Of a DNA stretch of 64,000 bases, positions 1 to 13,700 are shown piece by piece. The stretch covers positions 80,770 to 144,769 of the forward strand of contig WELA01003606.1 in NCBI GenBank assembly GCA_009602735.1, read 5' to 3'. Both the position numbers and the translations under genes were made by a program. Below the pieces are notes generated by a model. It worked only from the letters and a program-made list of their open reading frames with translations. It did not search any database and was not told where the DNA came from. Origin of the DNA: Mesotaenium endlicherianum (Eukaryota). Position 1 is the stretch's first letter. The number at the start of each line of letters is the position of its first letter.

Positions 1-16
1 TGGTCAGGAGAAGTTA

Positions 17-1318
17 GTGCCAGACCCCATCAGGAGACGAGCTCTTGTGCAGGAAATGCACGAGAACACTGGACACTATGGTGTCAAGAAGACGTATAGT
101 CTTTTAGAACTGTCTTACTGGTGGAGGGGCATGAAGCAGCAGTGTGAAGATGTGATCAAGGCTTGCCAAAGCTGTGATCGCGTCAAGGCTGGTTTTATAC
201 AGCAACATCCACACTTGCAACCTTTGCCGATCATGGGCCTAGGCCACCGCTGGAGCTGCGATCTCGCAGGTGAGCTACCGCTGTCTAAGCGAGGCAACAA
301 GTATATCATGGTCATGATTGAGCATTTCTCTAAGTGGATAGAGGTCGTGCCTCTGACTGCTAAGGAGAGTCTAGGGACCGCAAAAGCGCTCCTCAATAGT
401 GTGATTGTGCGTCATGGAGCTCCAGCAGAAGTGCTGACAGACCAAGGGTCTGATTTCCAAGGGCCTTTTCAGAAACTCTTGGATAGATGCTTTATCGATT
501 ATTGCACTACGTCTAGAGATCATCCGCAAGCACATGGTCTGGCAGAAAGGATGGTGCAAACCGTTAAGTCTGCTTTGCGCAAGTTTTGCCTTGAGCATGA
601 CAAGCGTGACTGGGATCTGGCCCTGCCATGGCTGGTTATGGGTTACAGATTTAGCAAGCAGGCTGCCTTGGCGAATTACTCGCCATATTAGATACTGTTT
701 GGCAGAAGTCCAGTAGTGCCCAGCAGCACCAAGCTCGATATTGAACAGGTGAAAGACCTGGACAACCCTGATGAACTGCTAAAGGTGATGGTACGTCGTA
801 AGGCGTTATTTGAGCGCATGATGCCGGCTGCGCTGGACAATCTGAAAATTGCGCAGAAAAGAGATACGCAGCGTTACGCCAGGACGCGAGACGGGAGCTA
901 CCGCCTGCAGGTGACGCAGATTCAAGAAGGAGACTTTGTCTACCGCAAGCGCCAGACCAAGACCACCATCGACACCAGTTCAGGTGCAGTGATCTTATGC
1001 GTGAAACATGTGTTTGACAATGGTGTGTTAGAACTGGAAGGTTCTGATGGTAAAACCATGAGAGACCACGTGCAGAATTGCTCGCTATGCCATTTGCCAA
1101 ATATTGATCCTACGATTAGGGTTGTGCCCGAGGAATTGGTGCCAGCCACCCCTTCTGCCAGCTGCAAAGTGCTGGATGATCAGGAAGCAATGGTAACTTG
1201 CGATAAGTGTGGTGCCCGTTGGCACACTTTCTGCATTGGCAAGGAAGAGATTATGGCAGGACGATGGGAATGTCCTGACTCCTTTCCTAAACCCCCTAGC
1301 CGCAGGGCTGGAAAATAA
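17..1318 (+). pseudogene. F1 DDE integrase with C-terminal PHD finger (in-frame TAG at 689-691)
   Basis: HHCC (HENTGH..CQSC), WSCD / TDQGSDF / AER catalytic motifs; ORFs 17-691 and 716-1318 share a frame; C-terminal CDKC-x4-H-x2-C...WECPD is a degenerate C4HC3. Confidence 0.9.
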
Positions 1319-1353
1319 TAGCTTTCAGCAGAAAAGGCACGGACGCCTCAGCT

Positions 1354-1365
1354 GAAAGGGAGGGG
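1354..1365 (+). other. Polypurine tract of F1 copy 1
   Basis: GAAAGGGAGGGG directly before TG of repeat B; identical at 27791-27802. Confidence 0.85.
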
Positions 1366-1669
1366 TGTAAGAGGAATTAAGACAAGGCAAGTATTTTTAA
1401 AATTTTCTGCTAAGTCTTAGGATAAGCAGATGGTGAGAGCTGGGTGAAGGATAACATTGCTCTGAGTGTTGGTCATGGTTGCATGGTGCAAGTTCAGGAG
1501 CCCAGGGATGGGTCAACCTTAGTAAGGCTTGTCTCCGACACACGTTCAAAGGTCGATCGACCATGTTTGCCCACACGTGAGGAGGGCCACCGACACATCG
1601 ACGAGGTCGAAGGCACACGTGCTGGAAGGCTACGCACGTGCCGAGGGATCGACACTGTTAGGCACGACA
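1366..1669 (+). repeat. F1 repeat B (B1, ~304 bp)
   Basis: TGTAAGAGGAATT...TTAGGCACGACA; other copies at 2923-3226, 17040-17343, 27803-28104 and (minus) 28223-28526. Confidence 0.95.
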
Positions 1670-1671
1670 AC

Positions 1672-2922
1672 TGTCGCGACTACTATTTGTTTGACGGTGC
1701 CGCACGCGTAGCGCAAGCTACGGCCACCCAGGTACGGAAAGTCAACGTTGACTCACCGACCACTTGACTGATTACATCGCAGTCAGCGGTTATGTCGACG
1801 TCAAGACCACTGGCAAGGGGTCAATGTGAATGTGTCCCACACCCAGGGATGGGGGAGGTTTTGACAGCATAAACAGCCGCGAGGCTAGAAGCTGGGGATC
1901 AGTGATAAGCCGCCCAGCAGGTACCAAGTCAGGTACTGTGTGACTGGCAGATTAAGCCAGGTCATGGCCGCAATGCCCAGATAGGTTACGGCCTCCCGAT
2001 TGGGAATCTTGAGCAAGTGGCATTTGCTTGTACACGCCGCTCAGGAGTTCTTAGCCATGAGCCAATTAGGCGTGACTGCCAGCTGAGAAGCTAAGCAGCC
2101 ACGCGCGACAATCACGAGGTGTGCATGCATGCCGAGTGACTACGAGTTTGAGTTGAACATGGCTAGGCAGAAGCGACATGCAGCTAAGCTTTGTGACTAA
2201 GCACGGCATTCTCGAAAGATGACGCTGTGTGGTGCCTGCGAATGGCACAAATCTTGCCTGAGACATGTCATTCACTCTCACACACTTTTGCCAAGAAGAA
2301 GGAGCAGAAGGAGCAGAAGGAAGAAGAAGGAGGGCGCAAAGAAGAAGAAGGAGTTCCCAAGGCCATTGAAGAGCCGAGGCCCCACGCTTCTGCCAACGCT
2401 GAAGATTCTTCTCAGTGTATCATAGATAAGTTAGGATTGTAGGAGTGCCCAAGAGGGAATCTCACTGTTGAAAGTAGGAGAATTGCAGAATAGAATCTGC
2501 TAGGAGAGTAGCACAGATTCGGCCGAACGTCACAAGTGTGGGTGAAGCAGCCTTAAAATGGTGAGTTGTGTGTTAGTTTCCAAGTTCTCAGAAGTCGCAT
2601 TCGCATCTCAAAGAGAGAGAGTAGTATTGGCAGATAAAGCTCTCAGTGAAGAACTGAGTGAGCCTAGCCACGCAGTGAAGAGCTGTTAAGGCGCGGAGTT
2701 AAGTGAAGAGCTTGACCCAGGCCAGCATAGACGTGTGGTTTCAGAGTTTTGTAAGCTGTGACTTGCGAAAGTTAAGCGAAAGCCTGAAGGGCGATTTCTC
2801 TGAACCTGACGTTGTATGTCAAGCTGCTTAGAGTGTAATTTCTGCAATCTACAATTTGCTCGCTTGTGAACCCAAGAACCTTAAGGCATAAAGCCTATGT
2901 GGAAGTAAGAGACTTCCGTCCT
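1672..2922 (+). repeat. F1 repeat A (A2, ~1.25 kb)
   Basis: TGTCGCGACTACTAT...GACTTCCGTCCT; other copies at 15813-17039, 17494-18739 and (minus, interrupted) 28527-36464. Confidence 0.95.
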
Positions 2923-3226
2923 TGTAAGAGGAATTAAGGCAAGGCAAGTATTTTTAAAAAATTTCGCTAATTCTTAGGATAAGCAGATGGTGAGAGCTGG
3001 GTGAAGGAGAACATTGCTCTGAGTGTTGGTCATGGTTGTATGGTGCAAGTTCAGGAGCCCAGGGATGGGTCAACCTTGGTAAGGCTTGTCTCCAACACAC
3101 GTGCGAAGGTCGACCGACCATGTTTGCCCACACGTGAGGAGGGCCACCGACACATCGACCAGGTCGAAGGCACACGTGGTGGAAGGCTACGCACGTGCCA
3201 AGGGACCAACACTGTTAGGCACGACA
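2923..3226 (+). repeat. F1 repeat B (B2)
   Basis: Second B copy joined directly to the end of A (…CCGTCCT|TGTAAGAGG…). Confidence 0.95.
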
Positions 3227-3366
3227 TCCATAACTATCTCAATACTTGACCAAATTTGATGAACTTTTTATCAAAATGTTCAAAAAAATGCATTCTACAG
3301 TGCTATACAATCAAAACATACTTTCATGAAACTCAGAAATGCACTTTATAAACCTATGACCTTACA
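3227..3366 (-). repeat. First ~140 bp of an F3 LTR, inverted
   Basis: Reverse complement matches 42395-42534 (TGTAAGGTCATA...GAGGTATGGA). Confidence 0.9.
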
Positions 3367-4221
3367 GTGTGCGTGGGGGGCATGTCGCACACGTGAGGAG
3401 AGCACGCACGGCTGCCGCCCGCACGCACGCACTCCTCCATTTCAAAAGATAAGTGCATCCCGCCTCCTCCTTGTCCTTCTTATCTCAACTAAGTTTTTGC
3501 TTTCACCTGTCCAGGAATGAGGAGGGAGGGGCGGTTGATGGACTAGAGCTGCCAGCTGGCTGGCCTCGGAGCCAGGCAGTGTGGGAGAGACTTCGTTGCT
3601 GCTTCTATCTCTTTACTGCTGCTGCCTGTTGCTGCTGCTGCTGCTTGCTTCTCGGTTGTGCTTGCTCGCTAGATGGTGTGTCGCACTGGACTTGTGTTGT
3701 TCGGCAACACACACACTCACTCCGCCGCTCTGTTGCTCTTGTGGGGATGGTGCTGGCGTTGGTGGGTGCTGACGTTGGTTGCAGCACTCCAAGGAGGGGG
3801 AATATGATAATTTGAACGTTAAAAGGAACCCACTAATCTGAGGGCAGGTGAGCTAGTCATGTGCGACCAGGGAGGAGGCTAGTCTGAGGGCAGGTTCAAT
3901 TGGAGGGGTCTTCTGGAACTGTTTCTCGTGGTGCTATTATGTCTCCCCCCGCAGATCCCGGACCCGTGCATTTAAGCAAAAGCTCGTCACGCCATGCCAC
4001 TTGTCCACGCATGCGTCCACACTATTGCCCGCCTGCTGGGTGACAGTGTGGTGCTCATGGACAGGTGGCACCCAACCCCGGCCCTTGTGCACGTGGGGCC
4101 TTGTCTGTCGACTTTACGTCGGTTGGCGGGTCTTTTCTTTGCCAAGGGCCAACCATTGCTGCCAAGTGGCAGCACACGTTTTGTTTTTTCCTACATCAGC
4201 ATCGATGTTGCTCGCTCCGCT

Positions 4222-4342
4222 GTCTGCCTGCCTGCCTGCCTGCCTACCTTCCTGCTTGTTTGTCTGCGTACCTGCCTGGCTGCACACCGGTCTGCCTATC
4301 TGCCTGCCTGCCTGCCTGCTTGTCTGCGTGCCTATCTGCCTT
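4222..4342 (+). repeat. Degenerate (CCTG)n microsatellite
   Basis: ctgcctgcctgcctgcctacct... repeated with variants. Confidence 0.8.
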
Positions 4343-7300
4343 TCTGTGTGTATGCCGTCTTTGTGTCTTTGTCGTTTACACTGTCCTTGGCAGGCGGGTG
4401 CGGCTGAAGCGCGTGCTCGTAGCTGCATCTGCCAGAGAGCAGCGGCTGGTCCCAAACAGCGACACTCTTTCAAGGTGACAATTCGATGCCACTCCGTCCT
4501 CATTTGTCTAAGAATGGAGTACGTGACCGCTTGTTTGCACCACGCTGTCCGTCTGTAATTTTAGCAGGAGGGAAGCAAGACGGAGATAGGCAAGCCGTGA
4601 GAAAAGGCATGTGAAGAAGCAAAGAGGCAGGCAGGTGGTGTGGTGCACAGTGAGTGTGTGTGTGTGTAACTCTATTTGTTTTAGTCCTTGGCTCAGGTCA
4701 CTAGGGGGCCTCGGGCAGCTGTAGGCTTGAAAGTGCAGAGAGGCCATGTCATGGCCCTAGCCGATCGACGCGCCGAAAGTCCAAAAATGTTGACCTCCTT
4801 ATGCCAATGCCGCAGGATTGTACAGCCACCTTTCTGAGAGAGTGACTGAACCTTGGAAGTGCTTCTTATGACTGAGCAGATGTGGACTTCAGCGATATTG
4901 GCACAAAGGTGAAGACAGTCACATAGAGTTGATTCGATACATTAGAGTAGAACTGCCACAATAAGACTTAGGTCAAAATTCTCATTGACATATTTAAATC
5001 TGTATAGTTAGGTGTGATGTAATGTGTTAGACTAGCAGTTGCTACGACTATGAACAACACAGCATTGTAGCCAAGAGAGGCACTTGCATGCACGTATAAG
5101 CGTAGCATGTGCTCCATTGTACATTCTTTCATTATTATCTGAAGCATTCTGGTCCGGTCGCATGGTGCCTGTGGGGCACGCATGCATTGGGAACAGGCCA
5201 CGCCGACCTCTCTCCACAGAGTGAAGTTACTTGGTTATGATTGAGAAGCACTGTTTAAACTTTATCCCTCGATCCGTTAGGACCTCCCTCCGAAGATCGA
5301 TATCCCCAATCGAGTAGTTTAGCATTGCACTATATAGAGGTTGGCCAGCCCACTCACACGCTCGGAGTGCCTCGCAGTAGGTAGGATCTCGTTGCCACTT
5401 GACGACAGGTTTCGAATCCAATCTAGGGTCCCGCTCCAACTAGAAAACCACGTTGCGGTGTAGGTCGAGCCGATAGCTGACGACATACAATGTGTATGAA
5501 AGTTCCATGTATTGTGCAGTCATGTTCTCTGTGTGACTTGCAATGGCGTACCTTTTCACCGCGCTTGTATGATGAATGTAGTGCTTGTATTTTGTGGCAA
5601 TGCACTGAGTGGGCTACAATGCTCCAAGGAATCGCCTGTATGTTGCATGTCACATCATGCCGTTGCACAATGGCAGTGCCACCCGACAGTATGTTTGAGG
5701 TGTTCATGGGTTTGAATCTCGGGGCTGGTATATACCCAAACATGATTTTTGAACAGTTTTATTTGCCCCTTCAATAGGTGTTGCTTTGATTGATGGTCTC
5801 CATGACTAGTACACCTTTTCTGTGCCACAATTGTGGCCAACCAACGACTCGTTGCAACTTATGTGCATGGACACGCAGTTATAGTTTTGTCCCCTCACAT
5901 GCATATTGAGGCACGCGTAAGGCTCCCTTGCATACAACTGTTGCTTGCTTAAACAACACTGACATACGGAGAAGTCAACACCGATATCAACATACAGAAA
6001 GTCAATGAACTCTTTCTGAAAATAAACTTCTGGAAGATCCCCGTAGAAAAAGTTGACCGTAGAGCATAGTATACTTCTATACATTTGCAACACTTGAAGG
6101 CGTTGGAATGGGTAGAGTCTTTTATCTATATTGTGCCAACATTTTCATCAGTGGGTTGGCTACATACACCAGTTTCTATTGTGCTCTACTTCACATGCTG
6201 ACCTACGTACAGCCTCAACCCCCTCTCCCAGTGTTTAAAAATATAAGTCCTAACTAGTCTGGCAGCAGGTGTTACAAAGGCTCTTCACACTCGGCACAAC
6301 TTTCTGGCCTAGGCAGACAACTGAATGGACGGACATCAGGCGCGTGGCCCAACGCTGCTGTTGCCCCTGCTGCTGCTGCTGTTGCTTGTGCCCTTCTTAT
6401 GTCAGCTCTCAACACACGACCTCTATTACTATCATGAACAGCAGTCACAAGACTTCATATTGTCAGCACACTATTGCCAGTGAGAGCATGGCCTGAAGCA
6501 CACCAGGGAACAGAGAAGGAGAGAGCAAAGGAGAGGAATGCACAGTAAGGACAGGTCAGAAGTACAAGATTCGAAGGGGGGGGTGGAGAGAGGGAAGGAG
6601 AGACGGGCAGATTGGAGTTAATGGACGCGGCAGAGGGCCGCTACCTTACGTCGTTTGATTGCGCCAAATTGAACTTGACCATGGGTGCTTGCTGCCATTG
6701 CGTGGCTGCGCGCCCCTTGCTGCTGCATCCCCGGCAAACCCTTACCTACATCTAGCATAGCCTGAAAAGGACAGTCCAAAGTGGCCTCAGCTCATCTGCT
6801 CTTGCTCCTTCTGCTTATATATTTGTGCTGCTTATGCCTTGCGCAGGGCTAAGTAACTGCTAGGCCGAGAAGTTGGGTTGGCCAATTTTGGGCGGAGGGG
6901 GGGGGGGAGTGGCACTCGTTGCCGTAGAGCGTGGATACTTGGGAATCATTACCCAAGTAGCTCATCAGTACCTACTACCCTACTCATCAGTACCTACTAC
7001 CGTAGCATGGACAGCTGGCGCATAGTCTAGCAGGTTGGTGTGTACCTTGATGTGCACATTTTTTGCCAGTTACTTTTAGACTAGGGTAACCTTAATTTGG
7101 ATCCACTTGACTTTTATTCTTAAATACGTCATACAATATACTTATATGGGCACTTCGAAGTTCTCTTAACATAGATGCAATGTACAGAGAACGTGTTGCT
7201 GTCAGAACATTGAAGATTCTGTTTAATTTGTGCCACTTCAAAGCTCATATCAATAGTTTTCAGGTAAGAGAGCTCAAGCCCTTTCTATTGTGTATGGACA

Positions 7301-7778
7301 GTCAGATGTTAATAGCTGCCTGAACGGCACTGAATGCAGCATTTCACTTCCATCAATCAGCAGTTGGTCTACTGCTAGAATAGCCGCTTGTCTCATGAGG
7401 ACTTTGACTCTCTTCAATGTTGATGCTGCACTTGAAAACACAAGGCCCCAGAGCAGGCCTCTAAGACCTCCTTGCAATGGCCCTAAAGTAGGGGCTTACT
7501 GCATCCACCTTGAATAGGCGACCTAGAACAGGCTTAGGTGGTCAGGTGCACAATGAAGGGGCACTACATGTAAATTGGGAGTTGAAAGACAAATAGCCTT
7601 TGTTTCTACTTGGAATCCAGTGCTCTAAACAATTCTCGCCAATTACGAGCCATGAACATGCGAGAAATCTTGTTTACGGAGCTGACTCCAACGAGGAGCT
7701 TCACATAAAGCATTACATATAAATGATCATGCTTACTAAAGAAACCCACCCTACTATACACATACTAAAAAGCCTGCA

Positions 7779-10700
7779 CTACACTGATGCTGCAACAACC
7801 TCACTAGAGACATGTGGTGCTGACTCAGCTTTTGAAGCTCCTAGTAAGGGACCTGCATCGCACACTCTAGCAGCTGCTTGCCGACCTGACAAAGTTGCTC
7901 CCTCCATGCTGTCAATGTAGTCCTGCAATTGGCATGCATAAAAATATTAAGTGAAGCTGTAACAGGAATAGTCATGATAGCATACCAGACCTAGCAACAT
8001 CACATTTTGTAGAAACACGCCTCATCACTGTGTGCCATCCATCCTGCCTCGCAGTGGTGGACATGAGCTCATCAAACGTGTCCACAGAAGACAAATACAC
8101 AAGAAGCAGGTACAATAGAAATGTCAATATGTTCCAAAATAAATACAGAATGATAAGAATTTACCTGTTTGGTATAAGAGCCAGCAAGGAAGAAGTTGGG
8201 AACGGGGGTCTTCTGGTCAGGCCTGTACACGTCCATGCCCGGCGCCTCCCTGTAGAGTGACTGGCCAATCTTCACCACCGATGACCAGATGACCTCGAGC
8301 CCCTCAGCCGAGGGGAAGAGCACCTTGATCTGCCCAGGTGAAACCCACATATGCGGCCACGTGAGACCTGAATGCTGCTGGTGATGTGCCATGCCACATG
8401 TATCAATGTTTACCCATCTGTCTCCATTCTAACTCAAGATGCTAGGGGCCAGCATGAGCCCATTAGTTGCATAGCAAATGGCACAAGTGTGAATTGACCG
8501 GTTTTGCGCAGGCCAAGAGTGCGGTGCCTGCAACTGGTGACGTGAGAGAGCCCGAGCCCAGGAGTAGACCACCGTCTTCAAGCTTGACAACGCATGCTGG
8601 AGATATAGGGGAGCATACCTGACTGTCAACTGCCGCCACAATTTCTTCGTTACTTTTGGGCATATAAGGGTCAGCTGGTGTCAGGACACACCTGCGCGCA
8701 GATAAGACATACCCATACACGGTCATTGTGCTGCTTCCACCAAGCAGAACTACATCAGAAAACAGTGGTGCTACCGAGTATGGGCGGTAAGCCTAGGAGG
8801 AGGAAGTCAGGTGACGTACTGCATGAGTGAACCTTGCCCCTCTTTGTAATAATCCACAGGCGATGTGAGTGCCAAATCAGCGAAGCAGGAGAAGTCGGCA
8901 TCGGCTGAGTACAGCAAATTGTCCACTCCCGCCGACCTCGCCAGTTCCCTGTTTCCGCATACACAATTCAAACAGGTCAGGCATGGATAGCAAACAAAGG
9001 AATGTCCAAATCTGCCGACACGCACCTCAACCCCGCCATGGTAGCTACACCACTGTTCTGGAAATCCAAGTCCACACATGCATCCATTTGCCCAGTGCAA
9101 GAAGTGAAGGGGGCTAGGCTAAGCTGAGCTTACCGGGACCGCTGGATGTCCTTCATCTCGGTGACCCAGCCGTTGTAGCGCAGCTGCACGGTGATGACGG
9201 GCACGCCCACCAGCTTGTAGATCTTCTCAAACTGGGGCCACTTGCTCCACGCGGACGGCAACAGCCTTTTGATGCCCGGCACATCGCAGGCTGCTCATCA
9301 TCACAGTCATCCGTCAATCCCTCCGCACCTAAGCAGACCATGGTTCACAGATCATAACACGTGTTCCTCAGAAAGGTGACATTTCCAATATAGTGCAGAC
9401 ATTTGTATGACAGTCCAAGTGTGGCAGCATAGGGCCATCCCAGTCCACCTTCCCATACAATTCATTAGAAACGTAACGGACAGGAAACGAGCCAAGTTAG
9501 AGATATACCTGCGACATAAGCATCAGCCGTGACTACTTGCTTCTTTCCTGCCTGCAACACAGCCCACAACCTCCCAATAAGTACAAAATGAATGAGGCAT
9601 GAGCCTCAAACATAGGCCGAGAAAAGTCCTCGAAGAAGGGGCATAATAAGGAGGTATCGTCCTTATCATGCCTCATTGTAGGCGCTTGCTTCACATGGAC
9701 ACAACGAGCACGACTCCACTGCAGGCAACAACATCCATACATGTCCTCACTGCTCCCCTGGCTACACGATTGCCCATCATTGCACTTACACACGTGCACA
9801 CACGCACCTGCACCCGCACCGACATATAGCAGCAGCCTGGTGGATATTGCTAATGGACAAGGCTGGAGAGAAAGCGCCCACCAAAATACCCAAGGGGCAA
9901 GAAAGCGGAATACCTTGATCATAGAAATACCTGTGACTCGAGTCTCCCCATCCTCCCCTTCCTCGTACTGAATTTCGTCACTAGCCCACCTAAGATGGAT
10001 CCTGCAAGGGCAGGAGAAGCACATGCATATATATATCTAAGTACACATCCTGCAATGTACTGCAGTACAAAAGTCATTACGGAATACTTGACTATGGATA
10101 AATCATGACACTACCTATTTCAGATCGCAATGTTCTCAGACTGTTGTGCAACTAAGAGAGTTTAATTAGTCACATTTAGCCCTGCATTCATGCTGGGACA
10201 TGCATTGCCTCAATGAGCCAAAAGAGCAGCTGTTATGATGCACATGTTCAAGCAAGGTTGTAGAAGACCACTAACACAAAATATTCCCAATCTTGTGAAT
10301 GCACAGCATCATTGCACTCAACACATAGGGGACATATATTTCATTGTCATAATGATATGATGAGCCATCTGATTTTTTTTTGGACATCCCACCCTACAAA
10401 TCACACATCCCCAACAGCATAGGCAATGGGAGCATGTATGTACCGGGTCCTCGTCATCCTCATCAGAACTGCGTATGCTTAAGTACTGTCAGTGACGCAA
10501 CACCCATCATGCTACTCCCATCTCATGGAAAAGCATAGCATGCACCAAGAATGCAACAGGAACCTGTAACCCAGTGATGCGGCATCACGATGAGGTTCTC
10601 AGCGCCTCCTTTGGGCGTGTACCTGCCCCCTCGGTCGGTGATGTATTTAGCGATGGGCCCACTCAAGTAGTTGTCAGGTGAACCGTTGAGCATGCGCAGC

Positions 10701-13700
10701 ACCGAGGCCTCGGTCTTGGTGGCAAAGAAGGCGAAGATGGTGAGCATGCAGCGGGCGGAAATGTTGTCGCAGTCAATGAAGCCCAGCGCATACGCCACGG
10801 GGTCCCACATGCGCTCAATACTGCCCCTGGATCCGCCCTGCCCCTCAAACCACTCGCTGAAGCTCACCTGCACCCACAAGACTGAGAGTGAGTCTCCCAA
10901 GCATTGCGGATGCAGCCCCCGCCCTCCCATGGCCTAGGCTTAGAAAATGGAGAAAAGGACAATGAGCACATGTTATCACCTAGGGCCAGAAGGTGATGTT
11001 TGGTAGGGAGGAAGAGGCATAGGTTTTACCCCGCCAGAGCTCAAGGCATCATGCTGCAAAATCAGCACCCATAAAGAAGCTCGCCCAAATCGATGAGCAA
11101 ACATGAATGCCAGACTGCAGACTGGTTCCATATGCAATTCATCCTCTGGAACAAGAAAGTCGACATAGACCAGTGGCAACCACACGAGTATCCTACTGAG
11201 AGGAGGGAGAGGAGAGGGGGAGCTTACAGAGTCCAGCTTGCGGATGTCTCTCATGGCACCATCCGGATCCACAAGCGCTTTCACCACAGGACTTGTCGCC
11301 AATGCAATCGCATTCGCTGCCTTATCGTATGTCTGCACAGTTAACAGGCCAAAGTGTGACCATAAAACGACCCAAAGAATTCAGACATGCCTAGCATATA
11401 CTGTACCGTTGCATGCTACCAGACAAAGCTCAACAAAGGCACGTGCTTCCCTACCTACTGCCCAAAGAAATGTGCATATCACAGTTCTGGTTCTTCCATT
11501 CCAGGAAGCTAACGATGGCTGCCGGTTTGCAACGTGCCGCCATAAGGAGTCATGTTTTCAAAATCTTCATGGACAAAGCGTGCATCCTGACATCATTTCA
11601 AGAAGGCTGGTGTGAGAGCTGTGGTCCATCATGAGTTTGAAAAGACGAAAGCAAGAGAAGTAAACTCACAGTGAGCTGGGTGCTGGTAAAGAATGCCTTG
11701 AGGCCATGCATGGGTGCTCCCACTAGAAACCGGAAGTCCAGCTCTGCAAGACCCCATCCACCCCATGCTACATTCATGCATGGTTGCAAGTGGGTGGGAG
11801 GCCAGGTGCGCTACTGCTCTTGCCACGGCTGCTACACCAACTGTATGTGCATGGCAGGATATGTGAAGGTCGTCATGCTATCTTGGCAAATGCAGGTGAA
11901 GGATTGTTCACAAAGGGTGGCAGGCGGCGAAAAGTGATTACAGTCAGCTGCAAATACACCCCCCCTCCATTCTGGTGATGGGGGGACTGCACTCCCGACA
12001 ACTTAACCAAAAATGCATGACACATAAAGATTTACCTCCAAGATTGCCCCCTTTGTTGATAAACATGTGGGTGTGCTCCTTCAGTAATAAATTTCCAACA
12101 GCCCCTGTCTGAAAGGCCCCATAACCATCCCCAATACGACATACGATCAGTTTCTCCATTAAAATTTAGCATGTGAAGCAAGAACCATCATACAAAGAGA
12201 GGGGGGTGGGGCGGGGGGTTGATGCTAGAACTGGCCGTAGCAATGCAGTTGCACCATGGGCTTATGCAACTGAAAAATGTGCCTCTTAAACTCCTCTGAT
12301 CTAGATTGTATTTCTGCCCTTAGCCTCTGGCGCCCGGTCCATACATTATGCTGACAAACAAGTTGCTCTGAGGCGCATGGTCTAGAGAGGAGCTCTAAAT
12401 CACACAAGGGCACGAAGAATGTCTTGACTGCGACCTTAGTACCTTGTTCATGAGCCTGAACAGGTTGTTGTAGCATCCAAAGAAGACGTGCAGACCCAAC
12501 TCAATATGATTCCCATCTTTGTCCTGGAAGCTCGCAACCTTGCCCCCTATAAAAGGGCGCCCCTCGTATATGTCAACCTGGTTCACACCACCCAGCATTC
12601 AACTCATACAGATAAGAGGACAGCATGCACACTATTGCGACCAATCTCTCCAATCAACCTAACACCCATCATTTTTTGCAGACAAAGGGCCAAGGTGTTA
12701 CTTTGTGGGCCTTTCCCCACTGCCCCTACAATTGTAAGCACAGCTGCAAAATATCTCCATGCCCCTGAAGGTTCCAAGCTGTAATCCCTCCTGATACAGC
12801 AAGTTCTCCTAATACAGCAATTTCTGGGGCAGCATCTTTCCCCTAATTTGAACACAGAACTTCACGTGTCACCAGAAGTAGCCGCTGAGTAAAACAACCA
12901 GACTTCCCATTATAGACCAAGAAGTCCTTCTCAACACTAAATCGCACGAATGTACACCCCTCCCTAGTGACATTCGAGGATGACGCATGAACATGACTTG
13001 TTCCTGGACAAAATACTATTGGTCACGAAGTGTTACCTACAGGGTCAAGAGGAACACAAACTAACTCTCTTGCACATGAGACGCCTCACTCCCATTTTCT
13101 CAAACAGAAAACAGTAGACAAGATCCACACACGCACCAAGAAATTACACAATGATTGGAAAATGCAGACGAAGCAGCCAATGGAATGTGTCGAGCAATGA
13201 CCAGGTACTCCACCATATCACCCCCCTATCCCATTACTGCTGCTTTTTCACAAACTCCCAGCTCTCTTCCTCAGCCTCGACAAACTATGTCAGACAGCTG
13301 ACCTCATGTCCTTGGTCCAGAAGCTCGGCAGCTGTAGACATGCCAGCAAGACCAGCGCCTATGATGGCCACTTTCAACTTGGGGCCCGTGTACTTCTCTG
13401 GTTCGGGAGGAAAGAGGCCCTTGGGTGCTGCACATATCAAGCAAGTAATGGCGGCGTTCACGAGTGTGGCCTAAGGGGTGCCACTGATCTATATGCAAAA
13501 TTGTCCCTTAAGAGCAAAAAAGGGGGGAGCAGGCCACTCTGGACCATGCAGCCTTTACATCAAGCCTTAAGACAACCATTGCGCCAGTGCAGCATCAAAC
13601 ACACCGTGAAGCAGAACTTTACTTCTCATCCCAACCTACCTGCATATTGTTCCCTATTGCAGAGACTCGACTACCAAAAGTATAAATTTCTTAAACATTG

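Larger units (their letters stand above)
1..3226 (+). mobile_element. F1 Ty3/gypsy-like element, copy 1 (3' part only; 5' part lies upstream of the window): integrase-PHD, PPT, B1-ac-A2-B2
   Basis: 1-1365 is nearly identical to 26440-27802; followed by repeat B (1366-1669), a 2-bp spacer AC, repeat A (1672-2922) and repeat B again (2923-3226) ending ...GGCACGACA. Confidence 0.9.

Noticed and set aside
3370..7700. Many short ORFs between F1 copy 1 and ZDS
   Set aside because: Low-complexity CTG/CCTG-driven or overlapping ORFs with no recognisable domain or consistent exon chain.
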